Notes: a model not told the origin generated them from the sequence alone. A DNA stretch of 64,000 nt from Pseudogymnoascus verrucosus (GCA_001662655.1 KV460240.1); one strand, 5' to 3'; shown: positions 23,777-36,338, numbered from the stretch's first letter. A program made the numbers and translations.

Positions 23777-26700
23777 TCACATAATCCCCGTCTTAACCTT
23801 CCTCCTCATCGACCCCCCAGTCACAACTCCCAACGCACTAAGCGTATCCTCCGACGGCCCCGACGGTCCCGAGAGAGACTTCGATCTCGTAGTCGGGGGC
23901 ATCGGTTCCGGGTCATCCGACGTCGACCCCGCCGCCTCCCTCGACTCCGCCACGCTATTCTTCAAGCTCTGCCTCAGTTTCTCATCGAAGATACTGACCA
24001 GCCTCTCGCTATACTGATCTAACAATCCCGCCAGGGCCGCCTCGCTGATCTTCCTAGTCTTGAGACTCTTCTCCAAGACAGCTTGGGCGGTTAATCGGAG
24101 CTCCTGGTCTAGTTCCTTCAGCCCATCCTCCTTAATCGCCTCGGAGCTAGTCAGTTTCTTTCGATACGCGCGCAGCGTACGGCAGACTTGCTCAGTAGCC
24201 ATATTCACGCTGCCAAATTCATTATAACTCGCCGGCCCAGCACTCTTATTGCGCCCCCTCAAATCAACAAGCGACGCCTTGCGCGCCCCCAAATTACTCC
24301 GTCCCTTCGGCGAAGGAGGCGGCGACCGGGAGCGATTCCGCGGTGACGACCGGCGCGAACCGCTCGCGTCGTCGGAGGAGGCGAAGCTGTAGGGGCTTGG
24401 CATGGCGGGGATGGGCGGCATGGAGAGCTTGGGGGAGTTGGCGTTCATGGAGTATTTTGAAGTTTTGCGGCGGAGGAGGCGGGGAGGAGAAGAGCGGCCG
24501 CTGGGGGTGGTTGCTGTGGAGGGGCGGGAGAATTCGGCGAGTTCGGCTTTGGAGAGGACGCGGCGGAGGGGGGGCATGTTGGAGGTGAGTTCCTTTGGGG
24601 GCGAGGAGTCGTCGGGGGTGAGCGTTGGTTCGGGGGATATGATTTCTGGGGTTCGTGTGGTGAGATCCCAAATCATAATGGTAGAGTCGGACCCCGTGGA
24701 GATGAGTGTGGTCTGCTCTGGAGTCTCCAGCAAGGCAACGTCTGTGACGGAGCTTGTGTGACCAAACCCACGGTCCAAGAATGAGCCAGTACAGCCATCA
24801 TATATCCTGACGGATTTATCGGTTCCAGAAACGCCAGCTAAAATAAGAGGCCGTCCCGGCATCGGCTTCCCCATCTTCAAAGAATCCATAACGACGGCGT
24901 CATTTCCGTCAGTGTCGGCAGCCTTGAACGTAGAAAGCATCTTTCCTGTCGCAATGTCGTATGTAGCAACCGTGCGGTCCATCATCGAAACAATCACTGA
25001 AGTAACGGAGGGGTCATTATCAGTTGTTGTCATCGACACTGGCGTCGCTTTCAGTGTGATGACTCTGATAGGGATCGCCGCGATGACCTGCTGGTCACCG
25101 ACTTCCTTCGTGACAATCTGCCGTATTTGGATCGTACGATCAGAACTGCTCGAGATAATCTTATCCCCGTCGTCGCAGAAGCAAACACTCGTCACGCTCC
25201 CAGTGTGCTCATCCATGGTCTGCAGCAAGACCCAGGTATCCTCCATTTTCTTGAAAAGTTGAACTGTGCGGTCCCTACCAGAGGTCGCAAGCAGTGTCAT
25301 CGTCTTTCCTTCATATATCGCAATGTCCTCGACATCCGAGTTGTGCGCCTTCGCTACGAACGAACAGGTATGTTTGGGGCCGTCTAGAATCCGAATAACG
25401 CCGTACTTATCACCTGCCACAAAGAAGCTTCCGCCATCTGAGGCTCGTACAACCAGACATTGGTTGACGACTTCCTCATCGCCACCAAGCCCCTGCTCCA
25501 GATCAACTTGGAATGATCCTTTGCACTGGCCCTCTAGATCCCAAAATATAACATTTCCTGCAGAGTCCCATGACAAAAAGTCTGCGCTGAGACTGTTTGG
25601 GCTCAGCAGCCTCACACCCATAACCGACCCTCGGTGGGCTGTAAGGGGGGTCACATGCCCAGACTCTTCCGAGCCATCTTTCATGATCTTGATGGCATGG
25701 CGTGAATCGACAGTAACCACATGTCCGTTTATAATAGACATGGCGCAAAGATTGCCGTTTGGAGTCTCGGCAGTACTGTTGAAGTCCTCCTCAAATGGCG
25801 ACGACGGTGGGGTAGTCGGCGTTAGGAGTTCGTCAAAAGTCATAATCTTAGTCGCGCCCAGGCGGCCACCAATCCGTATTAGCTTGCGCGATGCATCTAC
25901 AGACACGCATGTCACAGCAAAACCGGCATGAGCTACCTTGAGTAACTGGTTCTGGTCGTTGTTGTCGTCGACCAGGGCAATATGGCCCTTTTCCGAGCAC
26001 ACGACAGCTTTCGTTTCAGAAATGCTGGCAGCGCAGCTGAACGTCGCGTCGATCAAACCCCCAAGCAGGCAATTTCTGCCGCTGAGAGTTCTAGTAACGG
26101 TTGCTGGAGTGGACGCTGTGCCATCTAGATTGAACCTCTGTTTCAGAGGTGATGAACTCGTGTTGTCCTCAACTCTCCAGATCTTCACATGGCGCGTGCC
26201 GACACTGTCAAGTTAGCATTGGAAAGAGGCGGAGGAGAATGGGGCGCATACGTTATTAGACTGTTTCCCATCCACATCATACTTTTAATGGTGCTAGTGC
26301 ACTTATTGCTCGCGTGCAGCCTGGCGGCGCCAGTGCTCGATATGCGCCACATGTAAAGAAAGCCGTCATTTGGAGAACCCAAAGTGGCTAGGTAGCGTCC
26401 ATCAGGACTAAAAGAAACGGCCGTGACGCCGAATGTATGCTCGTTCAATATGACGAGCGGGGCATCTGATGACTCTTGGAGGTTGAATATCAGCACCCTA
26501 GGTGTATAGCCCGTCTCGCCCACGGCGAGAAACCGCCCGTCCCTGCTTATAGACAGACATGTCGCGGCCTTGATCCTCTCCCTGCTTGTCCAGGTTTTCG
26601 AGAGGGGCGAATCGCTCCAGACTGCGCGGGAGGTGGTTGGCGTCGAAGGGGAGAATCCAATGGCAGATTCTCGTAGAGATGCGCCCGTTCTATTTCGTGA

Positions 26701-27069
26701 ATCGTTCGCGGTGTTTATGGGGGTTGATGGAGTCGTCGCAGCTCCGGGTATCACGGGTACGGCGGTCGGATGCGCTCTGAAGAATCGCTGTGAGTATTGC
26801 GAATCTTCCGCTAGCTGGACGACGACGACCGCAGCGCCCGCGACATATGCGAAAATGTTGCCATTTGGCAGGCTATCGAATCCGGTTGGGGAGCTGACGG
26901 TTGTCCCGATGATCCTCTTCAACGAGAGACCAGCTTCGTACAGAGGTCGGCATTTGTTTGGGGAACGCGGAGTTCGTGGATATGGGTATGGCGAGTTGTT
27001 TGGCGTCAGCTTAATCCCTAGGCCGCTGTTGGCGGCAATCGTCCGTGGATTCGAGGGTGTAAACAACAT
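23777..27069 (-). CDS. WD40 repeat protein, MAPKBP1/WDR62-like
   Basis: Two ORFs joined by intron 26251-26205. LKRIIG, GRFLAVGETG, HTFGVTAVSFSPDGRYL, ATSGRDRTV, GHTSSVTDV. Low-complexity and helical C-terminus. Confidence 0.85.
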
Positions 27070-27968
27070 ATTTCAGCCATGTGCTGTCGCTCAGTCCAAT
27101 GGGCGTTTGTTCAGCGATGGTTGTAGTTGAGAGAGAAAGATGCCTTGCTGCGCATTCTTGGGGTATTGTTTGTAGGAAACGAGTCGCTGGGGGTCGTGAA
27201 TTCTGTAGTCGACAAAAAGGCGGGTGTTTATCACAACAAGGGAGGCGGAGGTGAATCAAGGTGAAATTTAACAGGGTATAACGCGCGCTGATGTTTATAA
27301 ACGAGAGACAAGAAATCAGAAGCGACGAAGGAAGAAGGAGAGGAAGAAGGGAAAATCTGAGGATTCGAATGGATTGAATTGTTGAAGGAATGGAAGTAAT
27401 GAGAGTGTATTTTTTGAGGATATGAAGATATTCTCCCCTTCTTTCTTCGCCGTCGACATGGGGGTCAGGGTCAAGGGGAGCTCTGGGGATGGGCGGGAGC
27501 TTCCTCCTTGCCCTAAAGGTCCAAGCTTGCCGGATTGGGAAGACGCGGGCGCGTTTTGGGATTTTGGCGACGGGGGTGTGTTGTTAGGAGAGTTGATGCC
27601 TGAGGTATCACTTTTCTGAAATATCACCACTCTTACGGCTTCTTACTGGTAGCTGCAACTGAACGCAGAGGCGATCTATCACATCCTGATTATGTAAGCT
27701 GCACATTTACTCTTCCTTTCTTCTGCCCCTTGTGAGACAGCGCTGGGCTGGGGATTTGCTGGAGACAAGCTGGGGATAGGCAGAAGCACCAGCCACCAGG
27801 CAGTCCCGACAGGCCCCCACGCGCTGGAACAGCCTAAACAGCCTGAACACCCAAAAAGCCAAACAAAATTACAACGCGTACGCACGGAGGTAGGTAGTCT
27901 GGATTAAAGTGGTTCCATCCCGGCAATTGTGGTGGTTGGGTTAGGATAGGTGTGCGAGTAACACTTAC

Positions 27969-28020
27969 GATAGCTGATAGCTGATAGCAGATAGTAGAGT
28001 AAATAGTAAATAGTAAATAG
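27969..28020. repeat. GATAG(CT) x4 and GTAAATA x3 tandem array in the WD40/AGX1 divergent intergenic region
   Basis: gatagctgatagctgatagcagatag...gtaaatagtaaatagtaaatag read directly. Confidence 0.8.
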
Positions 28021-28398
28021 TCCCCATAGCAGAGTTCCATACCACAGTTCAGTGCAAAGTAACTCGTACGCCAAAACACTGCCAGTAGATACTTCCTTAC
28101 CTGTAGTGCAGTGGTTGGGAGTCACCAAAGAGTGCTATTAGTAAATTCCCCTCTATGAAACTACAAAAATTGGAACTTTGTGTGTGGAATTAAAAATGGA
28201 GCTTGGCAGAAAATGGAGTAGTACGTCGGAGTTGAACATCCAGAGTCAGAGCGGCTTCAGTCCGTTGAGGGTAAAATGGAAAAATACATATAGATTCCCC
28301 CATCCCCAGACTTCACCAACAACCCCCTCTGCTTACTTCATATTGCCTCAATTGATCAAATCCCAAGATCAGCTCCCCTTCCTACCCCATCAAGTTAC

Positions 28399-29963
28399 AT
28401 GTCAGCGCTGCCACGAAGCCTGGCACACGCCGGCGTCCGTCCCCCGTCCCTCTCCGTTAACAGCCGACATCGTTCCACAGCTGCGGCATTCGGACCCCGA
28501 CGCTTCCCCGCCAAAATGTCCCCCTCCACCGACCCCTCATTACGTCTGTCCATGATTTCGGCGCAGATAAAACAATCCTCCCCCGCTCTGAACTCGAGAG
28601 ACCTTCATACCACTTCAACGCGATCAATCGACACTGCAACTACTACTACTACAAACAATACAGCAACAATGTCTCGTCCTACGCTCCTCATTCCTGGTCC
28701 CATCGAGTTCGATGATGCCGTTCTCCAGGCTATGAGCCACTACAGGTATGACGTCCCTCGAAGCTATCATGTGCTGAACCCCCTCACCTTCAAACCCAAT
28801 GCTAACCCCACACCCTTCAGCGAGAGCCACACAGCCCCCGGCTTCATCTCAGTCTTCGGCGACACCCTGACCCAACTGCGCCAACTCTTCCAAACCACCT
28901 CACCCGCCTCGCAACCCCTCGTCGTCTCCGGCTCCGGTACCCTAGGCTGGGACCTCGTCGCCGCCAACCTCTCCGAAGCCGGCGATAACGCGCTGGTCCT
29001 GCACACCGGTTACTTCGCCAACTCCTTCGCTGACTGCCTCGAGACCTACGGCGCGAATGTTACGCAGCTTAAGGCGCCAATTGGAAGCCGCCCCCAGATT
29101 CCGGAGATCGAGAAGGCGCTGAAGGAGAAGAAGTACAAGCTTGTCACAGTTACCCACGTTGATACATCGACTGGTGTCCTGAGCGACCTTAAGGAGCTGT
29201 CGGAGCTCATCCAGCGTGTTTCCCCTGAGACCCTCCTCGTCGTCGATGGTGTCTGCAGTGTTGGCTCCGAAGAAGTCCTCTTCGACGAGTGGAAGCTCGA
29301 TGTCGTCCTCACCGGCTCGCAGAAGGGTCTTGGTTGCCCCGCTGGCCTGTCTATTAGCATGTACTCCGGCCGCGCCATCGAGGTCTTCAAGGCCCGCAAG
29401 TCCCCTCCTGCATCCTACTTCGCCTCGCTCAAGAACTGGATCCCTAGTAAGCTTTCCCATCCCCCCCTCCGCCCCCCCAACTTCTCATACCATACCCGAT
29501 CGGACACTAACAGACCACAGTCATGCAAAACTACGAAGCCAAAAAGCCATCCTACTTCGCCACCCCCGCCCCCCAACTAATCCACGCCCTCCACACCTCT
29601 CTAACCCAAATCCTCTCCAAGCCCCTCTCCGAGCGCTTCGCCAACCAAAAAGCCGCCTCCGCGCGCGTCAAGGCCGCCGTCGCCTCCTTGGGGCTAAAGC
29701 AAATCGCATCCAACCCCGCCGACCAGGCGAATGGAATGACCACCATCTACCTTCCCGAGGGCGTTGCGGTGCCTACTATCCTGCCGGTGTTGGCGAAGAG
29801 GGGGGTTATTTTCGCGGGGGGGTTGCATAAGGAGATTGCGACGAAGTATATTAGGGTTGGGCACATGGGGGTGAGTGTGCATGATGCGGGGAGGGGGGAT
29901 GTGGAGAAGGCGATTAGGGTTTTGGGGGAGGCGTTGGAGGAGGTGGGGTATAAGAAGGCTTAG
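28399..29963 (+). CDS. AGX1: Alanine-glyoxylate aminotransferase (class V PLP enzyme); catalytic core starts at 28669
   Basis: LLIPGP, SGSGTLGWD, THVDTSTGVL, VVDGVCS, GSQK, YFATP, IRVGHMG. Introns 28746-28820 and 29447-29520. Confidence 0.93.
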
Positions 29964-31309
29964 AGGGGGGGATGGGGTAGATAGGGGAGGAGTTTGTATA
30001 AATCAAATTTATTGTAATTATGCTCCGGTTTGATAGGTGATATGAATAGTGGTTTACTATATCTACCATCCTCGTGATGCCAAATTCGTCATGCTCCCAA
30101 TATATCCATGACGTGGATTCAAAACACTAATTCCTCGTTACGGCTTGAAGATGAAATATCAAGTCTCCACCCTCAACGCTCCAAACGTCAACACGACCGA
30201 CGCTACTGCTGCTGCTGATCCTACTGCCGCCAACACCATACTGAGTAGCATCCTTATCATTATCCTCACGTCGCTGGGGCAGCAGCGCTTTTCGTCAAGC
30301 AGACGCCCCTTGTCGTCGCGCTTCTGCTGTCACCGCTTGCATTCTTGTCACCGCACCTCTCTCGTCGTCAGCACACCGCAAACCTAGCATCACGACAAAA
30401 TGACACCACCCCCGCCAATGACCCCAGACCTCAGTAGTCTGGTGCGGACAGCCGGCGCAGTTGGGAGTAGATATACTGCGACTTTTACAGCCACGTTTTG
30501 AAGGTTGTGTGTTGCATGAGCTCTTATGCCTGGGTAGATATACATGACAGTAAGTTTCTTTCCGATTTCCGACGCTGGTCTGGTGGGGAAAAGGGGGGGA
30601 GGGGGGCCGTTGGCTTTGTTGGCGTTGTTGGGAGGCGCTTGTTGGGGGAAAGATGTATGGGGGGCCGTGGATCACTGTGTGAAGTATGTGTCTGTTTCTT
30701 GTGTCTTGTCGATGGATAAAGGTTATATATGATCTGGCTAATTGCTTTAGCTTCTTTGGCTGTGAGGCTCCCTCGTCTGTGTTCCTCTAAGTTGTGCTTG
30801 ATTTCACCTCATCCTTTCCGAATCTCTATTTCTACAAAATACATTTAATTTGCTGCCAGGGAAGCTATATAAAACATCTTCTTTCGTCGTCAATGAATTT
30901 ATAGAATATCGAACCTCTTGGATCCTTGAAGGGGGGCTGCGAGATCGCGGATAAATCTTGAAAAGAGTTGAAAAGAGATGTGGAAAATGAACAGTAGCTA
31001 TTTATCAGAAGGTAAGAGGGATGGTTGCTTTACGTTCTGATATACGTTGTGATATCTCCCAGGCTTGACACGCTGTAATTAAGTTTACCCAGAAATTTCC
31101 ACATCGATAACCACGATGGGCAAGTTGTGATGGAAGGATGATGGCTGCAGTATATTACACGGCAATAGTAGTATATGGTGAGAGGAGTATTTCGAGGCGG
31201 TAGTATGCGGTGACATGAATACGTTGACAACAGTATATGATGACAAGAATGCTCACAGGGCGACACAGAAACCCCTATCCTTCTCACTTTCATAACCTCA
31301 CGCACACCA

Positions 31310-31620
31310 CCCCCTAGATCGCTTACTCCTTTATAATCGCCCCTTAAGCCGCCCCCCCTATAAAACCACCCCCTAGCCCCCTCCAGATCGCTAAACCCTA
31401 TATAAGGACCATTAAGCGCCCACCCCCCATGAACCACAACAGACGCCTGCCTTCATAGTCAAGCGGTAAGGTATAGATCCCACACACTCTCTGTAGGAGG
31501 AGGGTGTTTCAATTACCTAGACCTCGGGTTCGAGCCCCGTTCAGCTAGGAGCCTTTCTGGTGATGCCCTACACGTCATTCAGCTGTTCCATGTACTTTGT
31601 GCGTGGCTTAGTACAGTATG
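31310..31620 (+). mobile_element. tRNA-derived SINE-like relic or tRNA pseudogene with flanking degenerate direct repeat
   Basis: Pol III A-box TAGTCAAGCGG (31456-31466) and B-box GGTTCGAGCCC (31527-31537), but the acceptor stem does not pair. An imperfect ~65-bp duplication lies upstream. Confidence 0.5.
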
Positions 31621-32296
31621 ATTATATGATGTTTCTTGTTCTTTGAATTGAAGATTCATCATTAGTACTGTGCCTTTCATTTTTGCCTTTTTTGTCTTTT
31701 TTTGGCCCTTTAGATCCAGCCTTACCAAGCTCGATTTAGATGTAGGGTTTAAGTTCACACTCGATTTGATGACTGTTCTGAGTATGCGGTGGTGTTTACC
31801 TCCTCCATTTCTCCTCGTGCAGCTGGTGATCTGGAATATATGGGTGTATCTCGGTCATGTGCGCTGCTCAAACCTTGGGATCTTGGTGCTGTCCCGTACA
31901 AGCGCATAGATTCGGGCTAATTTGGTACTGGCTGAAGAGGAGAAGGGGAGGTATTTTGAGAGGAGTTTTATACTGTATGATAACCTTCAGGGGTGCTCTG
32001 AGGGGTGTGAGTTGGTGGGAGCTTGAGGGATATCACGGGGATTTGAGGGTATTGTTGTAATTGTTGAAAGCAGTTTTTAGCCCGAGTTGCAGCCCATATC
32101 GGGTATCAATTGAACCACTATGCATAAGAAGATTAAAGTTAGTCAAGTAGAAGCACAACACCGAATACAACCGTGAGGCAAATGCGAAACGCTCATGTGG
32201 CCAAACAACAGTTGTAGCAAAGTTAGGCGCGAGGAAAACTAGATTGAGATTGAAATATCTAGCATTAATGGAAACCACTTGATATATCATTGTGGA

Positions 32297-33859
32297 TTAA
32301 TATCCTCGGATCAATTTCCTCGTGGTCCCCACGTCATGTATATCTTCTTCATCGGTATCCCCATGATACTCATTAAGATCATCGCTGCCAGGCTTATCCT
32401 CGCTCTCATCGCTCTTATAATTCTCATCATCATCCTCATCATTCTCAAAAGCGCTGGTTTTTTTGCTCCTGTCACCATACTTTTGATATCCCTCGTCGCC
32501 ATCGCTATCTTCATGATCCTCATAGTCGCTGTGGGGTCCGCGAAAGTCGTCTTCCAGGTCGAAATCGTCCACTTTTCTCTCATAATCTTCACCATCATCC
32601 CCATCGTCCTCACTAACGCTGATCTTCTTGTTTCTTCGATACATCTTGTAGCCATCGCCATCGTCAGAAGCATTATCGTCGCTGTCGCCAAAGGTAAAGT
32701 CGCTATGCACACTGCGATCGCCCTCAGTGAACTCAGAATCTTCATCATTACTCCCATCATTCTCATCATCCTTGGTATCGCTCATTGTTTCGCTCTTGTC
32801 ACCATCTTCGTCCTCACTTTTATCATCCTCGGCGATTGATGTTTTGTCGACTTCTCCGTTATCCTTATCACTCATACTAACGGAGGCTCCGTCACTTTCC
32901 CGGTCATTCCTCTCCACAGGTTTCATCTCACTTTCCCCATCAGGAACTTTCGTCCGTCTTTGAAGCTACCTAGACTGTCAGTAAGCCCCAGCACCAACTC
33001 ATCAAAGGACACCATCCACCACGTACCTTCTTATCAATTGACCCCTTAATCTCCCTCTTCTCCAACGGCTCAAACAACTCCGCCATGCTCGTCTTCAGCT
33101 CCACAATCGGGTCATTGAGCCTCTCCAGTACCTCCTGCAAGACCTCATCCGACTCCATCTTCAAATCCACCAGCTCCCCTTTGAGCGCGTCTTGGAGGTC
33201 TTTGATATCAGACATTTTGGTGGCAAACACAGCAGCCCTTTCCCGCACTCTGCGGTTTTTTGCATAGGTTTGTTCGAGTGAGGCGACTTTGGCCTTGGCG
33301 GAGAGGATCATACGCTCTTCTTCAGCTTCGGAGTCGATATCCGGCTCCTCGGCTGCTGTCTTGATTTGAGAGGTCATTGGGGAAGTGCCGGAGGGTGAGG
33401 CTGGCTCGATTGGTGGCGCTGTATCGGAGGGTGTGGGCGGTTCAATGGTGACATTTCCGTCGGTTTGAGATACCGGCAAGGGACCGACGTCGGGTGAAGC
33501 TGTGCCTGAGGTTATGGTGGGCTGATTGATGGTATTTTGATTGGGTTGAGTGGTCGTCAATGGGACGTCTTCGGACGAGTTGGAGTATAAGTCTATGCTG
33601 ATGTATTAGTATTTATCTTGGTTCAGAAGGGAGGCGGGAAGTCACCGTCTTCCTCTGGGTCTGGCGCGATGTAGCTGGGCCGAGTAAGTCGGGGTCGAAG
33701 GTTTCGACGAGGACGGTCTGTCTCTGGTGAGGGGGAGCGTCTGCGTCGAGTAGAGCGGGTTATGGTAACATCTTCGTCCTGATAGATTTCCTGATAGATT
33801 TCTCGCAGGATCTCACATTCGGCATCTGTGAGAGGAGTTGCAGGGTCGATTGAATCCAT
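32297..33859 (-). CDS. Orphan protein with coiled coil and very acidic (D/E) C-terminus, 3 exons
   Basis: Three ORFs join in frame via introns 33645-33593 and 33026-32966, both with branch points. Confidence 0.7.
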
Positions 33860-34423
33860 CTTGAAGTGAGGTTTGCTATGTCTGTGACGGTGATAGATGG
33901 CAAGTTCGGTGTGTGGGAGTAAGCAGCAAGATCGGACTTGTGAAGTTGACTTATGAATGTGCGAGAGGAAAGTTAGGGTGAGAGAGATGTGATGAACGTG
34001 TACTTGTGAGAAAATGTATAGGTGGGCGAGCTCTTGGAGTAACTAAACTTCAACCCTGATGATATAACTTGGTTTGATGTTGATGTTGCAAGGAAGCATG
34101 AGAAGAGTCAAGATCCAAAACAGAGTGAACCTCAGAAGGGAGAGAAGGTAGGAAGGTAAGAAAATAAAAAGGCGAAATGAAGTCAAGAAGGCAAGAAGGG
34201 AAGAGTGCAAGAAAATAAGAAGGTGGCGAATAGGTATAAGGTTTACGAAGGAAGATCCAAAACGTCACAAATTGAAGACAGAGATTCGGGTAACGATGCA
34301 ACTTGTCTCTTATATTTACCACTTCGCGCGACTCAATTAATGCTGATATCACCATGATTTCGCCTCAACAGACCCCAAACGCCCGCTAAATTCAATCCAC
34401 AGCATCTCCAATCTCACCCCAAT

Positions 34424-36025
34424 TCACCTCCCCCTCAAATCCGGATCAACCTCCGTCCCCAGATCATTCTCTTCCATAAACACCCTATTCCTCAGGGCAT
34501 CAGGCATATACTCCTGCCTCACCCTCCCATCCTTATAATTCGGGTTATACTTATACTCCGCCCCATATCCCAACTCCTTCATCAGCTTCGTCGGTGCATT
34601 CCTGAGGTGCACAGGGATAGGAAGGCTAGCTACCCCGGGCTCCCCAAGCGCCGCGTAGGCGTTATTCAGACTACGGTATGAGCGCGTTGATTTGGGAGCG
34701 AGTGAGAGCGCTACGGTGCAATGGCCTAACGCGATTCGGCATTCGGGCATACCGATCTTCTCGACTGCTGTATAGGTGGCGGTTGCTAGGGAGAGCATGC
34801 TGTTGTCGGCTAGGCCGACGTCTTCGGATGCTACGACGACTAGCCGACGGGCGATGAAGAGAGGGTCTTCACCCGATTGCAGCATGCGTGCGAGATAGTA
34901 CAGTGCTGCCGTTGGGTCGGACCCACGGATCGACTTATGCAGTGCTGAGATCGTGTCGTAATGCTGGTCACCGGCACGGTCGTAGACGAGGGTCTTGGTG
35001 AGAGCAGTTTTGATATCTTCCTTGGTCGTGTCTGGCCTGTTGGATATGGAGACAGAGAGCTCGAGCAGGTTCAGGGCTGTACGAGCGTCGCCATCCGAGA
35101 ATGCCGCTAGGTAGGCAATCAGTTCCGAGTCCACTAATTCAGAAGGTTTTGTATCCAAAACACCTTCAGTAGTAAGAGCTCGTTCCAATATCAACCGTAT
35201 ATGCTCATCAGTAAGCTTCTGCAACGTAAACGTCCGACACCGTGACAACAGCGCATTCTGGACTTTGAACGAGGGGTTCTCGGTCGTGGCCCCTATCAGC
35301 GTGATCTGGCCCGATTCAACGGGGCCCAGGAACACATCCTGCTGAGACTTTGAGAAGCGGTGGATCTCATCGCAGAATATGATTGTTTTGCGGCCAGTGA
35401 GACCGAGCTCGCCCCGCGCTTCGGCAAAGATCTTCTTGCACTCCCCAACCCCCGAACTCGTACTGTTGATCTCGACGAAGCGGCTCCCAACCATAGAGGC
35501 AATGCAGCGAGCGATGGTGGTCTTGCCCGTTCCTGCCCCGCCCCAGAGGATCATCGATGGCACGCGGTCTTGCTCGATGAGGTTTCGAAGGATTCCTTTG
35601 GGTCCAACTAATTCCTGGCCGCATACATCGTCGAGGGTTCGAGGTCGCATCCGCTCTGCGAGAGGTGCTGCCTTGTGAAAGGCATTGACCTTTGGCTTCT
35701 TTGCTGTCGGCGGCTGTTCATTTTCTATGGGATCTTGCCGAACTGCAGGCGTTTCCTCCTCGAAAGACCGTTTTTTCTGAGACGACAATGGCGTACTCTG
35801 CACATCATTTATCGAAGATTTTGAGTCTCCATTTGTGCCGGACTTCGGGGTACTAATCGGAAGGCTTCGTTTGGGCCCAGGTGTCTGGAAGAAGTTCGAG
35901 AGGCCATTTCCAGCCTGTTGGGTTGATGGCGGGGTACTATCGATATGGGTTTCGCAATTGGAATCGATGTGAGAATTGATATCCTTTGGCTTAACAGGCT
36001 TATCACATATCGGGCAAGCAACCAT
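34424..36025 (-). CDS. MGS1: MGS1/WRNIP1 (RarA family) AAA+ ATPase with UBZ finger
   Basis: CPIC..INSHID.C, PLAERMRP, GGAGTGKTT, DEIHRF, GATTENPSF, HKSIRGSD. Confidence 0.96.
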   Translation of the reverse strand: MVACPICDKPVKPKDINSHIDSNCETHIDSTPPSTQQAGNGLSNFFQTPGPKRSLPISTPKSGTNGDSKSSINDVQSTPLSSQKKRSFEEETPAVRQDPIENEQPPTAKKPKVNAFHKAAPLAERMRPRTLDDVCGQELVGPKGILRNLIEQDRVPSMILWGGAGTGKTTIARCIASMVGSRFVEINSTSSGVGECKKIFAEARGELGLTGRKTIIFCDEIHRFSKSQQDVFLGPVESGQITLIGATTENPSFKVQNALLSRCRTFTLQKLTDEHIRLILERALTTEGVLDTKPSELVDSELIAYLAAFSDGDARTALNLLELSVSISNRPDTTKEDIKTALTKTLVYDRAGDQHYDTISALHKSIRGSDPTAALYYLARMLQSGEDPLFIARRLVVVASEDVGLADNSMLSLATATYTAVEKIGMPECRIALGHCTVALSLAPKSTRSYRSLNNAYAALGEPGVASLPIPVHLRNAPTKLMKELGYGAEYKYNPNYKDGRVRQEYMPDALRNRVFMEENDLGTEVDPDLRGR

Positions 36026-36338
36026 TGTGAATTTTATATAATATAAATCCCAAACTACTCGTCGCTCTTCGTGCCTCCCTTAGTCGCGGTCTGGTCTTGG
36101 AGACGCGTTTTGGCGGTGTGTAGCGGCAAAATAGTTAATTAGCGGAATATACATAACCCGACGGTAGTGGCCTGGAAATAGGGGTAAGGGGCAACTCTAC
36201 GGACGGAACCAGGCAAGAGAGACAGGGGCAACATGCAATATTGGTTTAACGGTAACTTTGGTATCAAGAGAAGACTACTATATTGACTATAAAAGCTATA
36301 TATGAGGACCTTGCTTCTGAAAATGTGAGGAGGGAGGC

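Noticed and set aside
15542..29963. AAT1, NRK1 and AGX1 as part of the kinase/TF/dioxygenase cluster
   Set aside because: They look like ordinary housekeeping orthologues interspersed with unrelated genes; there is no evidence of functional linkage.
29961..29984. Stop-codon readthrough giving a cryptic PTS1 on AGX1
   Set aside because: The extension after TAG reads RGGWGR-stop, which is not SKL-like.
30266..30545. Possible two-exon ~68-aa minus-strand ORF downstream of a TATA-like box
   Set aside because: Requires a weak GTCTGG donor and a GAG acceptor, and the product has no recognisable features.
31449..31547. Functional intron-containing tRNA gene
   Set aside because: The acceptor stem does not pair and no clear anticodon arm is found; kept only as a SINE-like relic.
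32279..32839. Highly hydrophobic 186-aa plus-strand ORF resembling a membrane protein
   Set aside because: It is the antisense shadow of the GAT/GAC/GAA-rich acidic exon.
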